Shown: positions 29,284-43,025, counted from the first letter of the stretch. The stretch is DNA of 64,000 bases from an uncultured delta proteobacterium (GCA_963816395.1 CAWFKQ010000016.1:576001-640000), one strand, 5' to 3'. Translations and numbers: made by a program. The notes: a model not told the origin generated them from the letters alone.

Positions 29284-31606
29284 ATGCCAGCGCAAAGAGT
29301 TGAACAGTTGTTGCCCCGCCTGTTCGACATCCCCCAGTACCCGACGCAGGGAGCGGTTCTTTTCGTCGACCTGGAGAAGCGGGAGTACTTTTCAAAATAT
29401 CTTCCGGCAGAGGTCGTCCGCTCCTTCCTCACCGGCCGCGGCGGGAACATGTATCTCCTCTACAACCTCATGACGGATGGCAGGGAGGCTCTGGATCCGC
29501 AAATCCCCCTGATCTTCGGCAGCGGCGCCCTCACCGGAAGTGTGCCCACGGCCACCCGGGGCAATGTCAGCAGCATTTCTCCCGAGAGCGACGCCATCCT
29601 CGACAGCAACTGCGGCGATGCCTTTCCCACCTTCCTCAAATATCATGGCTACGATCACCTCGTCCTCTACGGGCAAGCTCGCGAGTGGACTCTCCTGCAG
29701 ATCTCCGGCCGGGAGGTTGTCTTTCGCGAGGCCAGCGCCTACCTGGGTCTGGACAACAGTGACTTTACCCAGGCCGTCGAAAAGGATTTTTCCTGCACCG
29801 AGCGCAAAGACATGGCCATGGCCCGCATCACCAGCGCCGGGGAAAACCTGGTCCTGTGCGCCGGTATCATGGGCGGCCCCAAGGCCATTTATGCCCGGGG
29901 CGGCGCCGGCGCCAAGATGGGTTCCCTGCGGCTTAAGGCGATTATGGTCCTGGGACGCGTCGAGCCGCCCGGCCTCTCCGCCGGTTTCAAGGAAACGAAC
30001 AAGGAGATCGCCCGCAAGATCCTCTCGACCAGCGTCATCAGGAATGCCCTGAAAACCGTCGGCACCCCCTTTCTCTACAAGCCCAGCCGCGTTCTCGGCG
30101 CCATGGGCGCCAGAAACAACCAGGAGACCAGTTGGTACGACTCGCTCGATGCCGACAATTTCGATGTCTACCGCCCCGGGATGGATGGCTGCTACCGTTG
30201 TCCGGTGCGCTGCCGTCCTCTCAACGATTTGACCCCGGAAGGGAAGGGGGGGTGGGGCGCCGACGCTCTCCGCGGGCTGACCGGCAATGCCAGTTACGAC
30301 CAATCCCAGGCGACAGTCGAGCACCACCGGGAGAAGACCTACCGGGGAATCCGGGGGGACGGCAAGTACGACCGGTATGATAAGGGGGACGGCCCCGAGT
30401 ACGTCACCCTGCAGAAGATGGGTCCCATGATCGGCATCAGGGAACCGGAACAGGTTTTGCGCCTGAATAATATCCTCAATGAGCTCGGTCTCGATTCGGC
30501 GAGTACCGGCAGCGCCGTCTCCTGGGCCATGGAGCTTTATCAGCGCGGCATCATCAGCCGGCAGGATACCGGGGGGCTCGAGCTTACCTGGGGCAACTAT
30601 GAGGTTATCGAAAAGCTCCTTTTCATGACGGCCAGGCGGGAAGGCTTCGGAGACGTCATCGCCGATTCCAGCCGGGCCGTCGAGCGGGGCAGGTACCCGC
30701 AGGAGGCTCTCCGCTACCGGATGGCGGTCAAGGGGCTGTTCCAGTCCGATCCCCACGATGCGCGGATTCTCAAGGGGTTCGCTCTCGGCCTGGCGGTCGC
30801 CACCCGGGGTATGGATCATTTGCGAAACCGTCCCACTCTGGAGATCAATGCCAAAATCAACGACAACCCGGAGCTCAAGGAAGAACTCTACGGCGGCCAT
30901 GTCGCAGCCGAGCCGAACAGCTATGAGGGCAAAGAGCACGCGGTGCGTCAATGTGAAAATATCTATGCCGTCGGCGACGCGCTCGGCATGTGCCGCTTTG
31001 CCACCAAGCTGTTCAACTCACCTTCCACCACCGACTACCAGGATTTCGCCCGGCAGCTGCAGGAGCTGACCGGAGAAGTATTCACCCCCGGGCAACTCGC
31101 TGAGATCGGTCGCAACATTTCAGGGATAGAGCGGCTCATCAATGCCCGGCTGGGACTGAGCGAAAAGGACGACACCCTTCCGGAGCGCTGGTTCGACGAG
31201 CCGGTAACGGCCGGTCCTTTCGCCGGTGAGAAGATCGACCGGCGCCGCTTCGCCGAACTCAAGGCCCGCTTCTATGCCATCAGCGGTCTGAATGCCGGCG
31301 GCGTGCCGAATCTGCAGTGGCACCAGCGCCTCGCCGAGGTGATCACCGGCTTCGCCATCCGGGTCAAACTGCCGCACGGCATAGCCGGGGCGCCGGAGGG
31401 AGCGGTGATCATCGACCAGCCGGTGGCCAACGTCGCCGAACTGCGCGCTGCTCTCAATCGGAGGCTGCCGCAGGCGGCCGAAGCAGCTGGAGGACGAGTC
31501 GATTAACATTGCGGTCAATGGCAGGATGATCCTGGCGAACGAAAATGCGGTCCCCCTGCGCAGCGGCGACGAGGTCACCATGCTTGCTATCCTCGCCGGC
31601 GGCTAA
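29284..31606 (+). CDS. W/Mo aldehyde:ferredoxin oxidoreductase family protein with C-terminal MoaD/ThiS-like domain (frameshift near 31483)
   Basis: AOR motifs GRGG, AGEN, RGGAGAKMGSLRLKAI, CYRCPVRC, GPEY, LGLD, RGMDH, DALGMC, DTLPER; shifted frame continues INIAVNG...LRSGDEVTMLAILAGG-stop. Confidence 0.85.
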
Positions 31607-31617
31607 ACATCCTTCCC

Positions 31618-31648
31618 GATGGCCCCGGGGGAAATCCGGGGCCATTTT
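31618..31648. terminator. intrinsic terminator between convergent AOR and ALDH genes
   Basis: atggccccgg...ccggggccattttt-like hairpin followed by a short T run. Confidence 0.55.
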
Positions 31649-31671
31649 CACCATAATTTTCAACGACTAGG

Positions 31672-33114
31672 CTAGAATGGAAAATTTCTCCTGTCGAGTT
31701 GCACCGTAATCCATTTCACTTCCGTCATTTCTTCCATCGAATAATGCCCGCCTTCCCGGCCGACGCCGCTATCCTTGATCCCCCCGAACGGGACATGGGG
31801 CTCGTCGAAAATGCTGCTGTCGTTTATATGCACCATTCCCGACTCAAGCCTCAAGGAGAGATCAAATGCCTTCTGCAGGTCATTGGTGATCAGCCCCGCC
31901 GAGAGGCCGAAGTCGGAGTCGTTTGCCACAGAAAGGGCCTCCTCGCTGTCAGCGACCTTGATAACGCAAACCACGGGACCAAAACTTTCTTCGTTGAAGA
32001 TCCGCATCTCGCGAGTCACATCCGCAACGACGGTCGGCTGATAGAAGGCTCCTTCGAATTCGCCGCCGGCGATCATCCGCGCACCCTTGGCGACCGCATC
32101 CTGCACCTGAGAATTGAGAAAGGCGCACTGTTTGCTCTCAATCAGGGGCCCGATGACTGTATCAGGCTGGTGCGGGTCACCAATCTTCAATCTCCTGGCC
32201 TTTGTCGCCAGTTTTTCGCAGAACTGGTCATAGATTTCCGCCTCGACGATCAGCCGGGAGTTAGCCATGCAGACCTGCCCCTGGTGGAGGAATACGCCGA
32301 AAGCTGCGGCATCCACCGCATAGTCGAGATCGGCATCTTTTAGAACGATAAGTGGGCTTTTGCCACCCATTTCAAGGGTGATCTTCTTCTGGTGCCGACC
32401 AGCCAACGCGGCAAGCTGCTTGCCGACTTCGGTGGACCCGGTAAAGGTAACCATCCGGATGCGAGGGTCCTCGACCAGCTTATCTCCAAGGGTACTTCCC
32501 TTGACCGGTATGACGTTCAACACCCCTTTCGGCAGGCCGGCCGCCACGAACAGTTCGGCGATTTTGAGCCCGATAACCGGAGTGGGTGAGGCCGGCTTGA
32601 GAATGAAGGTGTTACCGGCGGCCAGCGCCAGGCAGACTTTCTTCATCGCCAGCAAAAAAGGAAAGTTGAAGGGGGCAATCCCGGCTATAACTCCCAATGG
32701 CCGTCGGACGGTCATGGAAAAGACGTTTGGTGAATCGGACGGGATCGTCTCTCCGAAAATACTGCGGCATTCCCCGGCGGCGCTACGCAGCAACGTGACT
32801 ACGAAAGATGCTTCGAACATCGCTTTGCCAAGGGTCGCCCCACCTTCATCGATAAGCACGTCGGCAAACTCCGTCAGCCGTTCTTCGAGAATGCTGGCGG
32901 CCGTTATCAGAATGGCCTCCCTCTGAGCAGGTGCGGTCCTGCCCCATGAGTCCTTCGCCCCATATGCGGCGGCGATAGCCGCCTCAATATCATCTCTGCT
33001 AGCCTGATGCACCCTTGCATAGACTGCCCCGGTGGCCGGGTTGATGTCATTGGCCACGGTGCCGGTTGAAGACGGGACCCACTCTCCATTGATAAACAGG
33101 CGGTATTCTGTCAT
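31672..33114 (-). CDS. NAD(P)-dependent aldehyde dehydrogenase, probable 4-hydroxybenzaldehyde dehydrogenase (PcmO-like)
   Basis: PFNFP, FTGSTEVG, LEMGGKSP, HQGQVCMA, EESFGP, PFGGIKDSG; in p-cresol operon. Confidence 0.9.
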   Translation of the reverse strand: MTEYRLFINGEWVPSSTGTVANDINPATGAVYARVHQASRDDIEAAIAAAYGAKDSWGRTAPAQREAILITAASILEERLTEFADVLIDEGGATLGKAMFEASFVVTLLRSAAGECRSIFGETIPSDSPNVFSMTVRRPLGVIAGIAPFNFPFLLAMKKVCLALAAGNTFILKPASPTPVIGLKIAELFVAAGLPKGVLNVIPVKGSTLGDKLVEDPRIRMVTFTGSTEVGKQLAALAGRHQKKITLEMGGKSPLIVLKDADLDYAVDAAAFGVFLHQGQVCMANSRLIVEAEIYDQFCEKLATKARRLKIGDPHQPDTVIGPLIESKQCAFLNSQVQDAVAKGARMIAGGEFEGAFYQPTVVADVTREMRIFNEESFGPVVCVIKVADSEEALSVANDSDFGLSAGLITNDLQKAFDLSLRLESGMVHINDSSIFDEPHVPFGGIKDSGVGREGGHYSMEEMTEVKWITVQLDRRNFPF

Positions 33115-33210
33115 GCCAGATTATCTCCTCTCGCTAGATTGTTTCCGATGGGCATATGCCCTTCCACCGTGGGATATCCCCATATATCCTGCAGGGCTCA
33201 GAACCTTCGC

Positions 33211-33978
33211 TCAGTGGAAAGACAAACCGCCATCGTGGACGATCATCTGCCCGGTGATGAAGGAGCTGTCGTTACTGGCAAGGAAAAGAGCCAGGCCGAT
33301 GAGGTCTTCAGGCACGGCTTCCCGTTTCAGACAACGGGCCTGGAGCTGGAGCTCTTCAAGGGGCGGCAGATCGAGCTGCTTGTTTTTGTCGAAGTTGTTG
33401 CCGCCATCTGAATGGGTGAATCCAGGGGCAATCGTATTGACGTTGATCTTGTAATCCCCCAGTTCCCGGGCCATGGAGCGGGTCAGGGCCATGATGGCCC
33501 CCTTGGAGGCCACATAGTGAGGCATCCCCGGTACCCCCTCGATGACCGAGGAGGAGCCTATGTTGATGACCTTGCCACCCCTGTCTTTCATGTAGGGGAA
33601 CACAGCCTTGATGCAGTTGAACTGGCCGAGTACGTTGACTTCCAGAACCTTCATGAACTCGGCGGCGGAGCATTCGGTAAAAGGCTTCAGGACAATGTTG
33701 CCGAAGATGGCGGCGTTGTTGAGCAGGATATCGACGGAGCCGAAGCGCTCGAAGGCGGCTTTCGCCAGGGCGTCGCACTGCGCATGGTCGGTGACGTCGG
33801 TTTTTACGAAGAAGGCATCACTGCCCTCCTTCTTGACCGCTGCAACGGCATTCTGGCCGTCAAGCACGTCGGCGATGACGATCTTGGCTCCTTGCCTGGC
33901 CAGGCCCACGGCGTAAGCCGCGCCGATGCCCTGCGCAGCACCGGTGATGATGGCTACCTTTCCTTTAAATTTTCCCAT
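33211..33978 (-). CDS. short-chain dehydrogenase/reductase
   Basis: TGAAQGIG, NNAA, YVASK, VNTIAPG, ITGQ. Confidence 0.93.
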   Translation of the reverse strand: MGKFKGKVAIITGAAQGIGAAYAVGLARQGAKIVIADVLDGQNAVAAVKKEGSDAFFVKTDVTDHAQCDALAKAAFERFGSVDILLNNAAIFGNIVLKPFTECSAAEFMKVLEVNVLGQFNCIKAVFPYMKDRGGKVINIGSSSVIEGVPGMPHYVASKGAIMALTRSMARELGDYKINVNTIAPGFTHSDGGNNFDKNKQLDLPPLEELQLQARCLKREAVPEDLIGLALFLASNDSSFITGQMIVHDGGLSFH

Positions 33979-34135
33979 GGTGCTTCTCCTTTCGTTGGTG
34001 GTTGGATTTGGACGTGTTCTCCACGCCGGCTATTGGTTATCATTCTCCTCAGGCATAGACCGCCAGGTTCTCTCCACGCTCTCGCCCGGATTCAGAGAGG
34101 TGGCGCGCAATGGGAAACCTTGCTTTCAATGCTGC

Positions 34136-35059
34136 TTAGAAGGAGTAGACAAGGTCGATCCAGGTCTGTTTTGCTTCGATGCGGTTTTTGGCGCTGACCG
34201 GCACGACATATTTGCCGAGGACGGCGAATCTTCCACTCTGGTAACGGGCGGCCGGTCCGATGGAAAACTCCCGGTCCTTGGTGTTGTCGCGTTTTTTGCC
34301 GCCGATCTCATCATCCTCGAGCCCCTTCCAGACCCAGCCGGTTACGCCCAGTTTGAATTCCCTGGTCAACGCATAATTCACCATGTAGTCCATGTGCACG
34401 GCCTGTCCGGTCCGATACCCTTTGAGTCCTGTACCTGGCTCGACATAGTCTTCGTTTTTGGTGTGATAGGAGTACATGAACTTGGCGCTCGCCTCGAATC
34501 CGTTAGGAAACAGGCCTGTGATGGCGAAGACCGGTTCGATGATGAAGGCGTTGTTCCCGGCGTTGACAGGCTTTTGGGCGTCGAAATCACCGGTCGGGGT
34601 GATGACATCCAGAACGGTCAGCCAGTGCCATATCCTGGAATGCCAGGCCATTCCGACCCCGAAATAGACGTCTCCCAGGCCGCCGTCATGCCCTTCCACC
34701 TGGATTGGCCCGGCCGGGGTCTGGGCCTTGACATCGGCCTCAACAGTGAGTACCGGAATGATGGAATGCAGAAGGAGGTTGCCGCCAAGTAATCCTTTTT
34801 TCGAGACATAGATCGGGCGAAAAGCGATTGCCGTCAGCGAACCCTCTCCGTCGGTGAACCCCTGTCCTTTATTCTCGATTTTTTTGATGTCCAGGAAGAC
34901 GTTGTAATCGATGAGATGCAGTCCGGGCGGCGGCGCAGCTCCCGCGTAGAAGTCTGCCGTTCCGTTGAAAGAGCTACTGTGGAAGGCCTGGGCTGTCGAG
35001 TGTGAAAGGACCAGTGCCGCCAGGGAAAAGCCAAAGAGCCAACCGCTTGCCAACCTCAT
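34136..35059 (-). CDS. outer-membrane beta-barrel, phenol-degradation (MetA-pathway/SphA) family; putative aromatic uptake channel
   Basis: Signal peptide, GAAPPPG, GGLGDV, TPTGDFD...NAGNN, C-terminal aromatic residue (YSF). Confidence 0.78.
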   Translation of the reverse strand: MRLASGWLFGFSLAALVLSHSTAQAFHSSSFNGTADFYAGAAPPPGLHLIDYNVFLDIKKIENKGQGFTDGEGSLTAIAFRPIYVSKKGLLGGNLLLHSIIPVLTVEADVKAQTPAGPIQVEGHDGGLGDVYFGVGMAWHSRIWHWLTVLDVITPTGDFDAQKPVNAGNNAFIIEPVFAITGLFPNGFEASAKFMYSYHTKNEDYVEPGTGLKGYRTGQAVHMDYMVNYALTREFKLGVTGWVWKGLEDDEIGGKKRDNTKDREFSIGPAARYQSGRFAVLGKYVVPVSAKNRIEAKQTWIDLVYSF

Positions 35060-35087
35060 GGTGCTGCTTCCATCTCGAGGGAATTTA

Positions 35088-36641
35088 TCAGTCCAGACAT
35101 ATTCCCGATTTGCCGGGAGCAAGAATGTTGTTGGGATCCAGCGCTTTTTTGATGGTGTGCTTGAGTTTCCGCATCGCCGGTCCGTAGGTATCGGCCACTT
35201 TGTCCATGAAGGCCGGGTTGGTCCGGTTGACTCCCCAGCCGTGGCGCGCGAAGACGTTTACCAGCTCTTCGAAACACCGGTGGGCCTGTTGCCTCTCCCT
35301 GCTGCGGTCGAAGCGCAGATCGATGACGTGGCGGGCATCCCGCCAGAAGAAGACGAACTCGCTGAGATAGTCGAAGCCGTATTTGTTGAGAATTTCGCTG
35401 GCGATCTTCGCCTGCTCCATGCACTCGGCGGGGCGGGCGGTGGCCGTCGGGGAGAACCGCATAGCGCCGCCGCCGGCGCGCCACCTGTCGAGGGGATTGC
35501 TCTGGGTGATCCCCCCCATCATCAGCTGCTTCCGATAGTCGAAGACGGGGTCACCCGCGGCTTCCTTTTCGGTGATGATCTGGACCTTGTCGCCGAAGGC
35601 ATTCTTGAAAGTGCCTTTGACGTACATCCAGTTGATGGCCACCTGTTCGGGGGATCCATAGACGGCGCCGTAGAGATTCCAGGCCCCGACGCCGAAGCGT
35701 TCCATCAGCCGGCTGGTCGGGATGACCCCTGTCCCCTGGTTGAGAAAGCCGTTGCTGCTGTTTTTGTGGGCGAAGCTGGTGGCCGCCTCCCAACCGGCAT
35801 TGGTCAGGGCGCAGGCATTGGGGACGATCTGGGCCAGGCGCAGGAACATCAGCGGCTTGATGATGTCCGCGAGCATCTCCGTCCGCGGGAACCTGACGCA
35901 GAAAGGCTTGTAGCCTCCCGGCGGCGGCCCTGCCATCAGCCAGGTGCCGAGCTTGGTGACAATGCCGTTGTTGCCCTGGGAGAACAGGCCGTCGACGTAG
36001 GGACCGAACCCCCACTTGAAGGTCTGCCAGCTGGTGGAGTTGGGGATCCCCCCCATGCCGGTGCGCAGGAGACTGCCGTCGGCGAGCACCGCTTCCATGC
36101 CGCAGGAGAACAGGAAGGTTTCACTGTAGGGGGTATAGGCGGTCCCGCGCTCGAGGATGTTCCCGACGATGCTGACATTGGCGGAAGGGGCCGGGGTGGC
36201 GAGCCAGAGGTTGATGTTGTTCTTCGTCAGATGCTGCTGCAGGTCGGCGTAGGTGACCCCCGGCTCGACCAGGCAGTAGCCGAGTTCCTGGTCGACCGCG
36301 ATGATCTTCTTCATGCTGCTCAGATCGAGCACGATCTGTCCCCTGGTCGCCGGAGCCGAGTAGCCGTACCCCTCGTTTTCACCATTGCACACGGTCCAGA
36401 GAGGGGTCTTGTATTTGTTGGCAATGGCGACGATCGACTGGACCTCTTTTTCCGACTGCGGGTAGATCGCCGCGGAAGGGGCGTGCTGGCCGTCGCTGAC
36501 GGCGAGGGTGTTTTCCAATAGGGCGTCAGCGCTGCCGGGTCGGTGCGGACCCGATCCTCACCCAGAAGCTGGCGATACTCCTGGATGGCTTTGGCAAAGG
36601 CTTCTTCACTCACTCCCTTGGGAAGTGCACAAAGGACTCAT
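35088..36641 (-). CDS. pcmJ: p-cresol methylhydroxylase flavoprotein, second (alpha-prime, PcmJ-like) subunit; frameshifted near 5' end
   Basis: VAO/PCMH family: VEPGVTY, CGMEAVLADG, FKWGFGPYVDGLF, LDPNNILAPGK; lacks the FAD-binding Tyr motif; N-terminus in ORF 36320-36613. Confidence 0.8.
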
Positions 36642-36726
36642 GTTCTATCCTCCTCGACAAAAAACGTGAGTACTGCCCCGCATCAGCGAATGGGCGAATT
36701 CCGCCGGAGCAACGGTTTTGAGGCGG

Positions 36727-38307
36727 TCTGTCCAGGTTGATTCCTGATTTGCCTGGGGCCAGAATGTTGTTGGGATCCAGCGCCTTTTTCAGGGTGTGAT
36801 GGATCTTCCGCATTTCGGGTCCGTAGGAATCGGCCACCTTGTCCATGAAGGCGATGTTGGTGCGGTAGGTTCCCCAGCCTCGTTGGTGAAAACGGTGAGA
36901 AGCTCATCGAAGCAGCTGTAGGCCCTTTTCATCTCCTCCGGCTGGGTGCGGTCGTAGAGCAGATCGATGATGTGGTGCATGTCGCGCCAGCCGACGATAA
37001 ACTCGGAGACATAATCGAAGCCGTACTTGTTGAGGATCTGGGTGGCGATGCTCATCTGCTTGTCGCATTCGGAAGGACGTGCGGACGCCACCGGGGCGAA
37101 CCACATGGAGCCGCCGCCGCCGCGCCAGTTGTAGAGGCCGAACTCCTGCAGGGTGCTGCCTCCCATCATCAACTGGTTGCGGTACTCGAAGATCGGATCG
37201 TCCTTGGCATCCTCTTTCGTACGATTTGGACCTGATCGCCAAATTTGGCTTTGAAGGCTCCGGAGACGTATTTCCAGTTCAGATTCACCTGTTCGGGCGC
37301 ACCGTAGAGGGCGGCATAGAAATTCCAGGCACCGATTTCGTACTTGTTCATGATGTCCTGAAAGACATCAGGGGGCAGGCTGTCCTTACCCTTGTAGAAG
37401 TTGTTCCGGTTGGTCCCCTTGCCGTTTTTGTCGTAGGTAAAGTAACCGGCGGCCTCCCAGCCGGCATTGACCACCACGCAGGCATTGGGGATGATGTTGG
37501 CCAGACGAAGCGGCATGAGTGTCTGGATGATGTCACCGATCATCTCCACCTTGGGGAACTTCATAAGAAAGGGCTTGTAACCGCCTGGCGGCGGGGCATG
37601 CATCAGCCAGGCCCCGAGCTTGGTGATAATTCCGAAGTTGGACTGGGTAAAAAGACCGTCGACATAAGGCCCGTACCCCCATTTGGAGGTCTGCCAGCTG
37701 GTGGTATGAGGCATCCCTCCCGTTCCCGTGCGGATGACCTCCCCATTTGCCAGCACCACCTCCATTCCGCAGGAGAAAGGAAGTGCTCGCCATAGGGGGT
37801 ATAACCGACCCGCGGTCGGCGGAGTTGCCGACGGGACTGGCCATCGCCGAAGGCGCCGGGACATCGACCCAGAGAGGGATTTTGTTCTTCTTCAGATATT
37901 GCTGGAGGTCGTAATAGGTCACCCCGGGCTCGACCAGGCAGTAACCAAGCTCCGCATCGACCTCGATGATCTTCTTCATCGATTTTAGGTCGACCACGAT
38001 CTGCCCCCGAGTGGCCGGAGCCGAGGAGCCGTAACCCATGTTCTTCCCCGTGCTCACCGTCCACAGCGGCGTCTTGTATCGATTGGCAATGCGGACGATC
38101 GCCTGGATCTCATCCACCTTGGTGGGGAAGAGCCGGCCGAAGGTTTGTGGTTTTCCTCGCTGTGCGCGATCATGATCTTCATGTAGGACTGCAGCGACGC
38201 CGGATCGGTGCGGACCCGGTTCTCGCCGAGAATTTCGCGATAATCGCGGATGGCGTTGCGAAGGTTGCTTCCGAAACCCCCTCGGGAAGTGCGACAAAAC
38301 GACTCAT
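36727..38307 (-). CDS. pcmI: p-cresol methylhydroxylase flavoprotein alpha subunit (PchF/PcmI-like); several frameshifts
   Basis: STGKNMGYGSSAP, VEPGVTYYDL, KWGYGPYVDG, LQEFGLYNWRGGGGSMWFAPV (PchF covalent-FAD Tyr), RDMHHIIDLLYDR; spread over 5 ORFs; 3' end approximate. Confidence 0.85.
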
Positions 38308-38319
38308 ATTCTTTTCCTC

Positions 38320-38751
38320 TCAGGCTAGGGCCGGTCGCTCTTCTAAACGCGCACGGAAAAACGCACCCGGTCGCGTCCTCGTAATCGATATAGTGGAAAC
38401 TGCCGCCGCTGTCGCCGATCGCCTCCTGGATGACGGCGAAAGTGGCCGGGTCCGCCACGCCGAGGAAGGTGTTGACCTCGCCATGGCTTCTTCATAGAGA
38501 GCTTCTCGTTTCAAAATAGAAATCGCTCACCGATCCCTTCAGGGTGTGGACCCTCCAGAAGCCGGGGGCGATCGCTTCATTCGGGAGAATTCGCCTCCCA
38601 CTTCGAGGTGGGGAACGCGCAGACAGATGCCGTTGACGGCCGGAGGGGCGGAAGCTGCGGTCCTCTGGGGGAGAGACGCCTCCGAGGAGGCAAGCACCGC
38701 TCCGGCCAGACAAAATTTCTTGAAAAAACTCCTTCTATCCTTGTCGATCAT
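38320..38751 (-). CDS. small protein with twin-arginine-like signal (PcmH position); frameshifted
   Basis: MIDKDRRSFFKKFCLAGAVLA; continuation in other frames (ADPATFAVIQEAIGDSGGSFHY); lies between cytochrome c and flavoprotein genes. Confidence 0.5.
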
Positions 38752-38755
38752 AGGC

Positions 38756-39121
38756 CTATTCTCCCTCGATTGGCGCTTTGCCGTCGGCTGATAACCCGGG
38801 TTCGCATCGATAAGCCGCCAGGTCCTTGAGATAAGCAACGATGTCATCAAGTTCCTTCTCGCTGACTTCGGACAGCCTGAAAGCTGGCATTGCGTTGTAC
38901 CCGAAACGCGTTTTGTTGCGGATGTACTCGGGATGGAGCTTCTTTCTCGGTCTTCATGTCGAAAATTCCGATGGGACCGATCTGGACATTCTGTTTGTGG
39001 CACATGAGGCAATACATGCCGAAGACGTACGGCATCTTCGGAGGCTCCTCGCGCAAGTACGCCGTTGAAAAGTGCAAGTATCATACGTAGCACGCCAAGT
39101 AATTGCACCTTTCCTCTTCAT
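38756..39121 (-). CDS. pcmG: p-cresol methylhydroxylase cytochrome c subunit (PchC/PcmG-like); frameshifted
   Basis: YCLMCHK heme motif, IGP, and in another frame FGYNAMPAFRLSEVSEKELDDIVAYL (PchC-like axial Met). Confidence 0.75.
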
Positions 39122-39143
39122 ACCTAACTCCTCTGGAGTTTTT

Positions 39144-40009
39144 TCATCGCCTGATCGATTCACCTTCTAAAAAGAAAGCCACGATTTTCTGCCGTAGAAG
39201 TCGAGGCGGGAAGACCTTTTCGCTGAGGCTCAGTACATAACTGGTCAGGGCCTCGATCTGTTCACGGTTCATGGCGTAGATACGCATCGGTGACCCCGGC
39301 GTGACCTTTGTGGGTTTGAGGAAGTGTTCTCGTACCCAGTTCTGCCGCGAGTGGTTGCCTTCAATATGGGTGAAATCGAAAGAGCTCGTATCCTTGTCGG
39401 CAAAAGCGGTCAGCGCGGGGGCCATGGAGCCGCTCCTTCGTCCACCTTGTGGCAGCCGGAACAGTGCAGGTCCTCGAAGAGCCTTTTCCCTGAACCAGGT
39501 TGTCGGCTCCGATCCCCTCGTAATCCCTGTGGCACCACCCGCATCGGGACTGCATGAGGCTTTTTTCACCATCGGATCCGGCCAGTGGGCAATCGAGCGG
39601 TGAGAAGCCCCTTCGTAGGTGGTGGCCGCACCCTGTCCGCCGTGGCAGATGGTGCAGCCGAACTTTTCCACCGGATGGCTCTCCAGCAGACCGCGAATCG
39701 GATGGGTCGCAGAGGCTGTCCGGCCTCGCGAAGAGGGGATCGTCGATCCCCAGGTGGCAGTCGTACAGCGGTCCACCGTTCCCAGGTCCTCGATGACGAC
39801 CTGGCGGATCTCCGGTCCATGCGCAACCTGGCGTAAAAATCGGGATTCGCGTCGCGGCCGATCTTCTCCAGAAGAAGCGCCCTATTCTTCCTGCATAGCT
39901 TCCACTCCCGCTTCCCGTCGTGGATCGCCGTGGCGCCGAGGAGGGCCATAACGGCCAGTCCGCAGAGGAGGCAGAGTGATGTGAGTTTTCGCAAAACGGC
40001 CCTTTCCAT
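39144..40009 (-). CDS. membrane-anchored multiheme cytochrome c (PcmF-like); frameshifted
   Basis: N-terminal hydrophobic segment; CxxCH motifs CTICH, CGWCH and CSGCH, plus a frameshift-split DRCTT/CHLG. Confidence 0.72.
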
Positions 40010-40035
40010 GTACTTTCCTCCATCAGGCTCGAATG

Positions 40036-40616
40036 TTACGGCCCGTGTAAGAACCGCCGGCACGGCTCGACCAGGCGACGTGGGGTTTCCTTCCAGACAA
40101 CGAGCTTCTTCCGTTCTGGTTCACCTTGGACGTATCCACCACGAGGGTCCGGGTGTGGTCCATGTAGATCTCGTACCAGGGAAGATTGCGCGGGGCCGCC
40201 CCCCGAGCTCACCCGCGGAGCGAACTTGGAGCCGTGGCAGGGACAGGCGTATCCGACTTCCGGGTTATTCGTCACGGGATTCACAAGACAGCCCAGATGG
40301 GTACAGATCAGGGAAATGGCATGGATGCCTTCTTTCTCCCTCACGATTTCCACCCCCCTCCCCTCGATCACCGTCCGGCTCCCGATCGGATACTGCAGCC
40401 CGCCCACCTTGAAGACTTTCGAGGGCCGTACAGGACTCGCCAGAAAACGGCCACGTGCAACCATCGGCAAATTGTTGCCAGGCAAGGCTGTTCTATCCTC
40501 CTCGGTAAAAAAAGCGGGGGACAATCTCCTCGTCGTAAAAAAAGAGGTCGAGGGGATGCGAATTTCCGTGCTAGCCTTGTTCTGCTTGTGTGTTGCCTTC
40601 TCGTCCTCGCCAGCAT
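40036..40616 (-). CDS. Rieske [2Fe-2S] protein (PcmE-like); ends uncertain
   Basis: ICTHLGC and CPCHGSKF Rieske boxes with disulfide-type Cys pair. Confidence 0.85.
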
Positions 40617-42754
<2,138 letters not shown>

Positions 42755-42981
42755 AACCGGCTCCTTTTCCCTCAAGCAGTTACTTTTGAGGGGCAGATGG
42801 ACTGACTCATCTACTTTTGGGTCTCCCCAGAAAAATAAAAATGTGTTTTCTGCCTTGTATCCTTGCCCGCTTAACTGTGTGAAGTTTTTGGCTTGTAAAT
42901 TCCCGGTTTTCCCATAATTTTTTTGCTTTATTGATGGCAATTCAGTGAGCATTTAGGCTCCAAAGTAGTTGGTTTCCCAAA

Positions 42982-42999
42982 TAGCACGGGATATGCCAA
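42982..42999 (-). promoter_or_regulatory. sigma54 (-24/-12) promoter of the p-cresol operon
   Basis: Minus strand TTGGCATATCCCGTGCTA: GG-N10-GC; divergent XylR/DmpR-type activator. Confidence 0.8.
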
Positions 43000-43025
43000 A
43001 CATTGTTTGTTATTTTTTGATCACC

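Noticed and set aside
29284..31606. AOR-family gene as class II benzoyl-CoA reductase BamB
   Set aside because: It does not resemble BamB as I recall it and no bamC-I genes are adjacent; the same holds for 55417-57121. A phylogeny would settle it.
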